A stretch of 64,000 bases of DNA. Source: a bacterium. GTDB lineage: Bacteria > SAR324 > NAC60-12. The translations under genes and the position numbers were made by a program. Where the stretch lies: NCBI GenBank assembly GCA_965233585.1, contig CBDDTI010000747.1:512001-576000 (forward strand), read 5' to 3'. Shown here piece by piece: positions 1 to 9,277 of the stretch (positions are counted from its first letter, which is position 1; the number at the start of each line of letters is the position of its first letter). A model generated the notes under the pieces. It searched no databases, was not told the origin of the DNA, and worked only from the letters and a program-made list of their open reading frames with translations.

Positions 1-697
1 TGCGAAACTCCTCCATTTGCTTCTTTTGCAAAGACATCAAAAATGTATTGAGAAAATTTTCTGCATGGGTGTATTCAATCCGTAACGAAGGCTGCTCTTG
101 CATCAGTCCAAGACCAATACTTTCAAGCAAATGAGTCTTACCTACTCCATGAACACCATGAATGATGAGCGGGTTGTAATGATGTTGATGATACACAAGA
201 CTTTTTGCCGCTTTGTAAGCTAACTGGTTGGACTCTCCAACTGCAAAATTTTCAAATGTATGTTCCACATGAAAGGGTGCATACGCCTCTGGTTCAGGCT
301 TTGACGTAAATTCTTTGACGCGGTCTGTCAACTCTGGCGAAAGAGATGCAACCTGTTTGGCTTTCTCTTCTGAAGCAGTTGGTTCAAGGAAAGGAAGGGA
401 TTCTTGATGAACAGCCACTTTTTTAGGGTGTTGATACTCACCCAAACAATACTCAATTTTTTTTGATTTAAAGGGCGCTTTTTCAGGAAAAATCACCTCC
501 AATGCCTCACGAACTTTATCGTCATAATGCACCGTAATGTAGTCTCTAAAAATAGGATTGGAGAACCCACAAATAACAAACTTCCTTGGGGAAACTTCTA
601 CCAAATTTAAACTCTCAATCCATGCAAAATCCCCTTCAGATTCCAGATGCGTCCGCAAATATTGCTTGAAAAGAGAGATTTTTTTTTGAAGATCCAT
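1..697 (-). CDS. dnaA: Chromosomal replication initiator DnaA (5' part; runs off window start)
   Basis: Not in the ORF track. Manual minus-strand translation from ATG at 697: MDLQKKISLFKQYLRTHLESEGDFAWIESL...HTFENFAVGESNQLAYKAA...YNPLIIHGVHGVGKTHLLESIG...IEYTHAENFLNTF, i.e. DnaA domain I plus the AAA+ Walker A region. Confidence 0.93.
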   Translation of the reverse strand, partial: MDLQKKISLFKQYLRTHLESEGDFAWIESLNLVEVSPRKFVICGFSNPIFRDYITVHYDDKVREALEVIFPEKAPFKSKKIEYCLGEYQHPKKVAVHQESLPFLEPTASEEKAKQVASLSPELTDRVKEFTSKPEPEAYAPFHVEHTFENFAVGESNQLAYKAAKSLVYHQHHYNPLIIHGVHGVGKTHLLESIGLGLMQEQPSLRIEYTHAENFLNTFLMSLQKKQMEEFR

Positions 698-899
698 GGA
701 AATTTGAAAACAAAGGAATCCATTCCATTTGAAAGAAACGGATTTGAAAAAACTGATGAAACAGCGAATCAAAGATTCAAAAGCATGAAACAAAGACAGA
801 TAGAAGAATATACGGCAACGGGAAGTCAAAATCAATACAAAAGATAGCCTGAATAATGAAAGACTTACCAGTAAACTATTGATTTTTAATCACTATTTT

Positions 900-2420
900 T
901 TAACTTGAAAAGAAACGAAGGCAAGACTTCAAAAACTTGGAAGAAGGCTTAAAAGAGTCCACATAACTGCGTGAAACAGGTCTAAAAAATGCAAGAATTG
1001 ACCCATAAATGACAATGCCCAAAAGAATCAATATGGGGATACGATAAATGGGTAGCAATGCAATCCATGAGCGAATCCAAGCTAAAATGAATCCCATGCA
1101 AAAGATAGCAATCCCAATTTTGAATAAAAAAAGATGGGAACGTCCACCCAAAAAAAATGACCGCATACGATAAGTCTCGTAACACGAAACTCCAAGACTG
1201 GTGAAAAGTGTTGCCAGTGCAATGCCTTGACTTTGATAACTGGTGACCAAGAACAAACTCAAAGCAACTTTGCATGCTAGAAAGAACAGACGAGAACAGA
1301 TGAGTTCTTTCATCAGGTTGATGCTCATCATAAAAGAGGAGTTGACTGTCCAAATTTGTCGGATTGCAAAATGTATAAAAAACAGCTGTAAGAAAAAAGT
1401 GGCAGGTAGAAACTCTTGTCCATACAGCAATAAGATGAGGTCTTCAGCAAGAATGAATCCACCTGCGGCAATCGGTAAGCCCAACAAATAGGTATATTCC
1501 AATGTTCCTGTATAAATTTTTTGTAATCCTTCAAAATTTTGCTTCTGATACGTTTCAGACACCAATGCAGGTAAAAAACCCCCTTGCAATGCTGTCTGAA
1601 AAAAACCTGACGAAAACAAAGCCAAGTTAAATGCCAGCACATAAAAAGTGACTTCTCTTGCATCAGAGCTGAACATGCCCAGCAAAAGCGTGTCTCCCGT
1701 TTTTTCCAATGCGTGCAAGGTTAAGATGTACAAAAAAAATCCAAAAGCATACCGATTCAACTCTGGAATTTGAGAACGTTGAAAATAGACCCGCTTTGCA
1801 AAGACATCACGCCTTTGGGAAAAAAACCACATTGCCAAAAGCAGAGATTTAGAAAGCAACATGAGGCTTAAAAGAACTGTGATGTCTGCACCCAAAAAAA
1901 GCCCCAGCACTGCACCTGCTAGATACAAACTGAACGTGATGCCTTCTGCCAACGTGATGAGTCTCTGGCAAAATCGGATTGATAACACTCTTCGCATCGT
2001 CTCATGTAACCCATTGAGAACAAACAGCGCTAGGGCAATCCTCAACCACAATGCACTATCTGGCTGATTTTGCACAAACAGTTCACCTAATTCTTCTGCA
2101 AGGAAAGCACAAAAGACCCCAACACCAAGCATCACTAAGATTTGCACTTGAAGTGCATACTGAATCAAACCTAATTCTTGAGATTTTGAACCATGCAAAC
2201 GAAGTTGCGGACAAAAGCGGACAAGCACTCCCTCTATTCCCAAAGAAGTCGTGACCACCAGCACCGTTTGAAAGTTCAGGACAATCGCAAGGATTCCATA
2301 GTCAGAAGCCCCCATTAAACGAGCTAATAAAATGGATTCACTGAAACGTGCAAAAATCAGAAATCCCCTACCCAGAAAATCCCACGTCATCGCATGAAAC
2401 ACTTGATTGGCAAGACGCAT
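900..2420 (-). CDS. Polysaccharide/O-antigen flippase (Wzx/MOP superfamily)
   Basis: 506 aa with about 12-14 hydrophobic segments; ILLARLMGASDYG start motif typical of Wzx flippases. Confidence 0.8.
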   Translation of the reverse strand: MRLANQVFHAMTWDFLGRGFLIFARFSESILLARLMGASDYGILAIVLNFQTVLVVTTSLGIEGVLVRFCPQLRLHGSKSQELGLIQYALQVQILVMLGVGVFCAFLAEELGELFVQNQPDSALWLRIALALFVLNGLHETMRRVLSIRFCQRLITLAEGITFSLYLAGAVLGLFLGADITVLLSLMLLSKSLLLAMWFFSQRRDVFAKRVYFQRSQIPELNRYAFGFFLYILTLHALEKTGDTLLLGMFSSDAREVTFYVLAFNLALFSSGFFQTALQGGFLPALVSETYQKQNFEGLQKIYTGTLEYTYLLGLPIAAGGFILAEDLILLLYGQEFLPATFFLQLFFIHFAIRQIWTVNSSFMMSINLMKELICSRLFFLACKVALSLFLVTSYQSQGIALATLFTSLGVSCYETYRMRSFFLGGRSHLFLFKIGIAIFCMGFILAWIRSWIALLPIYRIPILILLGIVIYGSILAFFRPVSRSYVDSFKPSSKFLKSCLRFFSS

Positions 2421-2514
2421 CAGGATTTTTCAAGTCTTGATAAATTGAGAAGAGACGAAAAATTTGCCTTGATTCTCATTTTCCCTCATTTTTGAACAAG
2501 TAAAACTGCAAAAA

Positions 2515-3633
2515 TTAGACATAATGCCTTGGAAGGCGTTCATTGAGTCTGACAAGGATTTCATAAGGAATGGTCTGGGCGAGCGATGCTAATTCTTCTA
2601 CAGTGATTTGTTGTTGTTGGGAGTTGCCAATCAAGATGACTTCATCGCCATTATATGCAGAATCCCAACCCAGATTGACCATCATTTGATCCATACAAAT
2701 CGCACCTACAATCGGATAACGTTTTCCATGAATCAGGACTTTGCCACAGTTGGACAAAGCCCGGGGAAGGCCGTCTCCGTAACCGATGGGCAAGGTGAGT
2801 AGTCTGGTAGTTTCGGGGGCTTGCCAAGTGCCACCATAGCCAACTTCAGAACCTTCATTGATGACTTTGAAATAGACAACTTTAGTGTGTAAGGAAAGAG
2901 CAGGTTGCAGGTCTAGTGTTTTTGGAAAGTCTTGGCACGGATAGATGCCATAAAGAATGATGCCCGGTCTCACCATGTCCAAATGGGTTTCAGGAGAGGT
3001 AAGTATGGCGGAAGAATTGGCAAGGTGTCTGATGGGAGTCGGTGCAGAAAGTTTGTCAAAGTGAGAACAAACGTCTTGGAAGATGTCTAGCTGCTGCTTC
3101 GTTTTTGGAGACTTGGGGGTGTCTGCTTCTGCAAGGTGAGAAAAGATGCCGCAAATTTCAACATGCTTTGCCTTCAACGCTTCTTCAATCAATGTTCTGG
3201 CAGAATGCTGATGCACGCCAATTCGTTCCATGCCTGTATCTACTTTCAGATGAATCTTGGCAATTTGGCAGGCATGCTTGGCTTCTTCGTTGATTTGATG
3301 CAATTTGTCAACAGAAGACGCTGTGATTTGTAGGTTGTGTTGCAGATATTGGAATAGTTGTGATTTGAGAAGTCCGCCCATGACGAGAATCGGCAGAGAC
3401 ACTCCCGCTTTCCGTAGTGCGATGCCTTCTTCCAAATAAGCGACTCCCAGTTGAGATGCCCCGTATTGCTCAAAAGCTAATGCTGTTTGTGTCAATCCAT
3501 GCCCGTAAGCATTGGCTTTCACAATAGCCATGACCTGACAGCCTTTTGCCACCTGCTGTATTTGAGACAAGTTGTGCTTGAGTGCTTGTAAGCTGATTTG
3601 CAGGTAGGAAGGTCGTGAATCAAATGTCATCAA
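2515..3633 (-). CDS. alr: Alanine racemase
   Basis: AIVKANAYGHG PLP-lysine motif, HLKVDTGMERIG, GYGDG, ICMDQ. Confidence 0.97.
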   Translation of the reverse strand: MMTFDSRPSYLQISLQALKHNLSQIQQVAKGCQVMAIVKANAYGHGLTQTALAFEQYGASQLGVAYLEEGIALRKAGVSLPILVMGGLLKSQLFQYLQHNLQITASSVDKLHQINEEAKHACQIAKIHLKVDTGMERIGVHQHSARTLIEEALKAKHVEICGIFSHLAEADTPKSPKTKQQLDIFQDVCSHFDKLSAPTPIRHLANSSAILTSPETHLDMVRPGIILYGIYPCQDFPKTLDLQPALSLHTKVVYFKVINEGSEVGYGGTWQAPETTRLLTLPIGYGDGLPRALSNCGKVLIHGKRYPIVGAICMDQMMVNLGWDSAYNGDEVILIGNSQQQQITVEELASLAQTIPYEILVRLNERLPRHYV

Positions 3634-3978
3634 GCACCAGTGTTATCAATAACGAAACATCAATGACCAAACCCGAAAAATTGAATAAAAATAACAAAGC
3701 CAATGCCAAAACCATTGAATAGCTTGAAAATCAAAAAGATCCTAAAAAAGATTTTAAAAAATGCAACTTGTAACGTCTTTTTGAAAAATCATCAAAACAG
3801 AATCTTAGACAAACTGCTTTCAAAGTTCAAGTCATTTTTGGTGCAACTTTTTTGGTGCAATGTTTTGACAATGACCACTCGTTTAATGCTTTCCCATTCA
3901 CACTTCTTTGAAGTTCAAAAAACCAGCGGCTTGTTGCTGGCAGGCTTAGCCTGACGGGGTAGTTTGGGAAAAAGACAA

Positions 3979-4457
3979 GAGAGATTGCGGGTCAAGCCCT
4001 GCAATAACGGTTGTAGAGAGATTGCGGGTCAAGGTCAGCGATAACAGTTTTCAAGGTGGCAAAATCCTCCCGTCATTCCGTGCTTGACACGGAATCTATC
4101 ACCAAACCAAGCATGGATTCCTGCTTTTGCAAGAATGACAACTTTTGTCATTTTGAACTTGATTCAGAATCTATCACCAAACCAAGCATGGATTCCTGCT
4201 TTTGCAAGAATGACAACTTTTGTCATTCTGTGCTTGACACAGAATCTCAAAAAACAACGGAAGCGATTAAGAACTTTCTTGAGATTGCAGGTCAAGATGA
4301 GCAATGACAGTTCTCAAAGTGAGCAAACTCCTCTGTCATTCCGTGCTTGACACAGAATCTCAAAAAAAGGAATTGTTGGAAAAAAACAAGATGAGATTGC
4401 GGGTCAAGCCCGCAATGACGGTTGTGTAGAGATTGTGGGTCAAGGTGAGCAATGATC
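3979..4457. repeat. Cluster of REP-like palindromes (BIME-like mosaic)
   Basis: GAGATTGCGGGTCAAGCCC(T)GCAAT(A/G)AC at about 3981 and 4392; GTCATTC(C/T)GTGCTTGACAC(G/A)GAATC at about 4072, 4223, 4335; TGGATTCCTGCTTTTGCAAGAATGAC twice within a 75-bp tandem duplication (about 4093-4227). Confidence 0.85.
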
Positions 4458-4578
4458 AAAAAACAAGCCAGCGGGTAATGAAAAGTAAGGTTTGGTTCTT
4501 GAGTAAGAAGAAACCACCCCGCTTGGTCATTCAAGCGAGGTGTTTTTTTAGAGAAGATGAGTTGACGTGAGGCGGAAT

Positions 4579-5914
4579 TTAGGGACCAAATTCCCAAACA
4601 TCGTTTTTATTGTCACCACCAATGCTACCACTTCCTCCTAGCACCCAGATTTTGTTGTTAAACAGGATGCTTGTGTGTCCAGCACGAGCAGACCAACCTG
4701 CTGAATCTGTGCTTTGAGTCCAATTCTTGCCATCAGAAGAACTCCAAACATCGTTTTTCCTGCCACCATCATTTCCGCCTAGCACCCAGATTTTGTTGTT
4801 GAACGCAACGCTTCTGTGAAACCCACGAGCAGACCAACCTGCTGCAGAAGTTTCTTTTGTCCAATTCTTACCATCAGAAGAACTCCAAACATCGTTTTTC
4901 TTGTTGCTAGTAGTAAATCCTCCTAGCACCCAGATTTTGTTGTTGAACACGACGCTTGCGTGTCCAGTACGAGCAGACCAACCTGCTGAAGAAGTTTCTT
5001 TTGTCCAATTCTTACCATCAGAAGAACTCCAAACATCGTTTTTGTTGCCACCATCAGAACCTCCTAGTACCCAGATTTTGTTGTTGAACGCAATGCTTGT
5101 GTGTCCAGTACGAGCAGACCAACCTGCTGAAGAAGTTTCTTTTGTCCAAGTTTTACCATCAGAAGAACTCCAAACATCGTTTTTCCTGCTACCATCATCT
5201 CCTCCTAGCACCCAGATTTTGTTATTAAACACAAAGTTTGTGTGCATAGAACGAGCAGACCAACCTGCTGAAGAGGTTTCTTTTGTCCAATTCTTACCAT
5301 CAGAAGAACTCCAAACATCGTTTTTGTTGCCACCATCAGAACCTCCTATGACCCAGATTTTGTTGTTGAACACAACGCTTGTGTGTCCAGCACGAGCAGA
5401 CCAACCTGCTGAAGAGACGATTTGTTTCCAAGTGTATTTGGAAATGTCAAGTTCGTTGTTGACCACTGTAAAATCCCAGTTTGATTCTTTTCTCAAGATG
5501 TTGAACTTGAGTTGCCCCTTGCCTGCTGTAACTCCTGTGAGCTTCAACTTGGCTTGAAATTTTTCTTGTTTGGGTAAGGTGTGGGTGAGTTTTCCGCTTT
5601 GACCGACTGTCTCTTTTTCTCCAACGACCAGTTTCAAGGAAGTCAAACTTTCATCGTAAGTGATGCTTAATTTTTTACCTTGATAGGTTTTTGATGCGGT
5701 GCAGGTGAGGTTGGCAACCAGTTCTTGACCTGTTGTCAAAGAATTGCCAGAGGAGACCTCGCAGGTGGCTTGATTCTGGGTGTTTTCCTCTTCCTCTTCT
5801 TCAGCAGGCGGTGTGCAACCTGCTAAGACCAGAAGTGTCAAGAAAACGATTATCTTGTCATAAAAAGCCCCCCCCTGACAATCGGGATTGAATGGATTTG
5901 ATTTGTTCTAACAT
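4579..5914 (-). CDS. Kelch-repeat (6-blade) lipoprotein; the real start appears frameshifted at a G8 tract
   Basis: Lipobox LAGC; six about 47-aa repeats WSARxGHxSxxFNNKIWVLGG...KNDVWSSSDGKNW. RBS AAGGAG and ATG at 5914 are out of frame by 1 nt across C8 at 5868-5875 (+ strand); the ORF track start is TTG at 5841. Confidence 0.85.
4590..5430 (-). repeat. Intragenic tandem repeats of about 141 bp (Kelch blades)
   Basis: Near-identical units, e.g. ACGAGCAGACCAACCTGCTG and CCATCAGAAGAACTCCAAACATCGTTTTT recurring about every 141-144 bp. Confidence 0.9.
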
Positions 5915-6140
5915 AAAAATCTCCTTATGGTAGTGGTTAAATAAAAAAGAACAAAAACAAGGTGACGATTTTAGCAAATTTTCAAAAACAAATGCAACTT
6001 TTAAAAAACAAAGAAAGGATTTTTGAGAAATTTGACACTTCAGGGCTTTTTGACTTTCTTTCAGTGGCTTCTTGCTTGCTTTTCTCTTGCAAAATTAGAC
6101 ACAATAGAGGGTTTCGCATTTTTAACAGATTGTAGAAGGT

Positions 6141-8606
6141 ATGGGATTTCAAGTTTCGTTAAAGTGGCTGAAAGATTATCTTTCAACATTACCCCCTGCT
6201 GAGGAATTGGCAGAACGTTTGACATTGGCAGGATTGGAAGTGGAAGAGATTGACCACATTGGCAGCCAATGGGACAAAGACAAATTGCTTGTCAGTCAGG
6301 TCAAGTCAGTGAAGGCACACCCCAACGCAGACAAGTTGTGTCTGGTAGAGGTGTCCTATGGAAAAGGCAAATTGCTGACGATTGTTACAGGTGCAGCAAA
6401 TCTTAAATGCTATGTTGAAGAGGCGTTGCCAGAGTCTTTGTTTTGTCCTCTAGCTCTTGCAGGTGCAGAGGTATTTGACCCAAGCACGGGGGAGTTCAAA
6501 ACCCTTGTCCCTTCTGAAATTCGCGGGGTCATGTCAGAGGCGATGCTTTGTTCTGAAAAAGAACTGGGCATCGGAGAAGACCATGAGGGCATTATGATTT
6601 TGGGGGACGATGCAGTGGCAGGGCAGAGCCTTTATGATTATCTTTGCGATGACATCATTCATCTGGATATAAAAGGAGGTTTTAGTCATTTACTGGGAAT
6701 GGTTGGAATTGCAAGGGAGGTTTCTGCATTGTTTCACACACCTTTGAATCGCTTTGCTTTGCAATCACCTCTGTTGCAACAAGGCACTATCACAGACACC
6801 CCAAGTTTTGCTTCCATTCAGATTGCAAACTCTGCTCATTGTTCAAGATATTCTGCCATTTTGATTCAAGGGACAAGCATTGTGGATTCTCCATTTTGGT
6901 TGCAGCAACGTTTGATTAAAGCAGGCATGAGACCCCGCAATTTGATTGTTGATGTGACCAATTATGTCATGCTTGAATTAGGGCAACCTTTACATGCCTT
7001 TGATTATCAGTTGCTTTGCCAAAGGGCATCAAATGGCACTCCTCAAATTCAAATCCGCTTTGCTCAAGAAGGTGAAGCCTTTGAAACGCTTGATGACGTC
7101 CAACGCACGTTGAGTGGTCAAATGTTGATGATTGCAGACGAGCAAGGTTCAATCGCCATTGCAGGAGTGATGGGAGGGGCTGGAACAGAAATTACAGAAG
7201 AGACTCAAGACATTTTGATTGAGTCTGCCAATTTTGAATTTTTAAATAACCGCCAGACGGCTCAGACTTTAAAACTTCACACTGAAGCCGCAGAACGTTT
7301 TGGTAAAGACCTTGACCCTTCCATGACTTTACAAGCGGCATTGCGTGCTGCAGAGTTGATTGTCAAATATGGTGGGGGTACTGTTTGCCAAGAATACGGA
7401 GACGTCTATCCAAACCCAAAGCCAACAAAATCAATAGAATTACAACATGCCTATCTTTGCAAGTTACTGGGGGTGCATCTGAATCTTGCAGAAATCACAG
7501 ACATTTTGCATCGGCTTGAGTTCCAAACACAAGTGACTCAAGGAGACAATTTGTTGGTGTCTGTGCCAGAACATCGCATGGACATTCACGAACCTGCTGA
7601 CCTTGTGGAAGAAATCATAAGAGTTTATGGCTACCATTGTATGAAGCCAACTTTGATGAATGACGAACTGCCCCCCCAATTACATCATCACAAGTATTGG
7701 CAAACAGAAACTCTCCGAGACCTCTTGTGCAATGCAGGTTTTGATGAAATCATCACCTACTCTATTGTTGGTGTTGACGAAGAAAATGCCTTGTTTGTTG
7801 AACCAAGACAGACCGACTATTTGACCTTACAAAATCCCCTCTCCAGTGAAAAAAATGTGATGAGACAAACGCTTCTTGTAGGTGCATTGACCACGATTAA
7901 AGAGCATTTGAAGCATGAATCTGCCTCTTGGGTTTTTGAAGTTGGCAATATTTTTCTGCCAAATCCTGAAGGATTGCCAACAGAACTCCCCAAGCTATGC
8001 GTTGCCATGAGTGGGAAGGAAGAACAAGGTTGGTATCAACAAAACCAACGCATTTTAGATTTTTACGACTTCAAAGGGTCATTGGAAGTTTTATTTGACG
8101 GCTTTCAAATCTCTGTGCAGTGGAAAAAAACAACTGATGCCAGACTTCACACAGGCAAAAGTGCGAGTCTCTGGATTGGAGACGTTCAAATCGGCATCGC
8201 AGGTGAACTTCACCCCAAAATCCAAAAACGTTTTGGATTGACTCAATCTGTTTGCATAGCAGACCTTGATGTTGCAACGTTTTTTAAATGCCTCCCCCAA
8301 GAAAGAGCCATTCAACCCATCTGCATTTTTGAACCCATTTATGAAGACTTGGCTTTTGTTGTTGATGAATCAGTAGAGTCTGAGACGATTTGCAACCTGA
8401 TGAAACAGCTTGGACAACCTTTGTTGCAAGAGGTGAAACTTTTTGACGTCTTCAGGGGTGAGAAAGTGGGTGCAGGTAAAAAAAGCCTTGCCTTTGCCTT
8501 GACTTATCAATCCATGAATCATGTCTTGTGTGATGATGATGTCGCACCTTTGCGTGAAAAAATCATCGCCACCCTTCAAGACCATCAAGCCTTTTTGAGA
8601 GTGTAA
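6141..8606 (+). CDS. pheT: Phenylalanine--tRNA ligase beta subunit
   Basis: HPNADKL tRNA-binding domain, VDVTNYVMLELGQPLHAFD, DLVEEIIRVYGY, C-terminal FDX-ACB (GKKSLAF). Confidence 0.97.
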   Translation: MGFQVSLKWLKDYLSTLPPAEELAERLTLAGLEVEEIDHIGSQWDKDKLLVSQVKSVKAHPNADKLCLVEVSYGKGKLLTIVTGAANLKCYVEEALPESLFCPLALAGAEVFDPSTGEFKTLVPSEIRGVMSEAMLCSEKELGIGEDHEGIMILGDDAVAGQSLYDYLCDDIIHLDIKGGFSHLLGMVGIAREVSALFHTPLNRFALQSPLLQQGTITDTPSFASIQIANSAHCSRYSAILIQGTSIVDSPFWLQQRLIKAGMRPRNLIVDVTNYVMLELGQPLHAFDYQLLCQRASNGTPQIQIRFAQEGEAFETLDDVQRTLSGQMLMIADEQGSIAIAGVMGGAGTEITEETQDILIESANFEFLNNRQTAQTLKLHTEAAERFGKDLDPSMTLQAALRAAELIVKYGGGTVCQEYGDVYPNPKPTKSIELQHAYLCKLLGVHLNLAEITDILHRLEFQTQVTQGDNLLVSVPEHRMDIHEPADLVEEIIRVYGYHCMKPTLMNDELPPQLHHHKYWQTETLRDLLCNAGFDEIITYSIVGVDEENALFVEPRQTDYLTLQNPLSSEKNVMRQTLLVGALTTIKEHLKHESASWVFEVGNIFLPNPEGLPTELPKLCVAMSGKEEQGWYQQNQRILDFYDFKGSLEVLFDGFQISVQWKKTTDARLHTGKSASLWIGDVQIGIAGELHPKIQKRFGLTQSVCIADLDVATFFKCLPQERAIQPICIFEPIYEDLAFVVDESVESETICNLMKQLGQPLLQEVKLFDVFRGEKVGAGKKSLAFALTYQSMNHVLCDDDVAPLREKIIATLQDHQAFLRV

Positions 8607-8978
8607 GTGAAGTTGCCAAAGGAGATGTTCTCCGTCATCAAAGTCTTGAATGCGTTTTATTGTGGATTTGCTGGAATTGTCTTTGCCTTCAAAAATGAAC
8701 GAGCCTTCTGTCAAGAAGTGCTTTCGTTCATTCCTCTGTCAATCTGGGCAATCTTCCTTGCAAACTCTCTACTAGATTACCTCTTGTTAGTTGTGCCTTT
8801 CTTTGTAATTCTTGCATTAGAGCTAGTCAACACAGCAATAGAGCAATTAGCTGACTTAATTTCTCAAGAAAAATGTCCTGAAATTAAAATCGTCAAAGAT
8901 TGTGCTGCAGGGGCGGTGTTGTTGATGGTCTTTGTGGCTGCTGTCATTTGGTTCGTGAAGTTCTCAAGTTTTTTGTAA
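8607..8978 (+). CDS. dgkA: Diacylglycerol kinase
   Basis: AFKNERAF, ELVNTAIEQLAD, KDCAAGAVL motifs. Confidence 0.9.
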   Translation: MKLPKEMFSVIKVLNAFYCGFAGIVFAFKNERAFCQEVLSFIPLSIWAIFLANSLLDYLLLVVPFFVILALELVNTAIEQLADLISQEKCPEIKIVKDCAAGAVLLMVFVAAVIWFVKFSSFL

Positions 8979-9020
8979 AACAGACGATACTTAAAGAGAA
9001 ACGGCTAACCTAACCTTATC

Positions 9021-9230
9021 TTGAAAAAACGACCCATGACAGAAAAACTCAATTCACAATGTGCTTGGTGCGGGGCATTCCGACACGCTTGTTCTTGGGA
9101 CAAACAGAATCACCAGCTTTCACAGGCAACCACTCATGGCATTTGTCCTGCTTGTGTGAAGCAACAACTTCAAATCCCACTAGAAACCTTCAAACAACTT
9201 TGCCAAGCAGAACAACTCAGGACTGCGTGA
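9021..9230 (+). CDS. Small putative zinc-binding protein
   Basis: CAWC...THGICPAC paired CxxC motifs; likely start at the ATG (MTEK) near 9036. Confidence 0.6.
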   Translation: MKKRPMTEKLNSQCAWCGAFRHACSWDKQNHQLSQATTHGICPACVKQQLQIPLETFKQLCQAEQLRTA

Positions 9231-9277
9231 AGGCTTGCATTAGAATCTAGCACACCAGACCAAGACTTCTCCCCCAG

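Noticed and set aside
647..847. 66-aa plus-strand ORF
   Set aside because: Overlaps the dnaA start and promoter region on the opposite strand; no recognisable features.
4056..4597. Short ORFs 4056-4307, 4084-4350 and 4292-4597
   Set aside because: They are translations of the REP palindrome cluster (e.g. WIPAFARMT), not credible proteins.
4901..5557. 218-aa plus-strand ORF
   Set aside because: Antisense shadow of the Kelch repeats.
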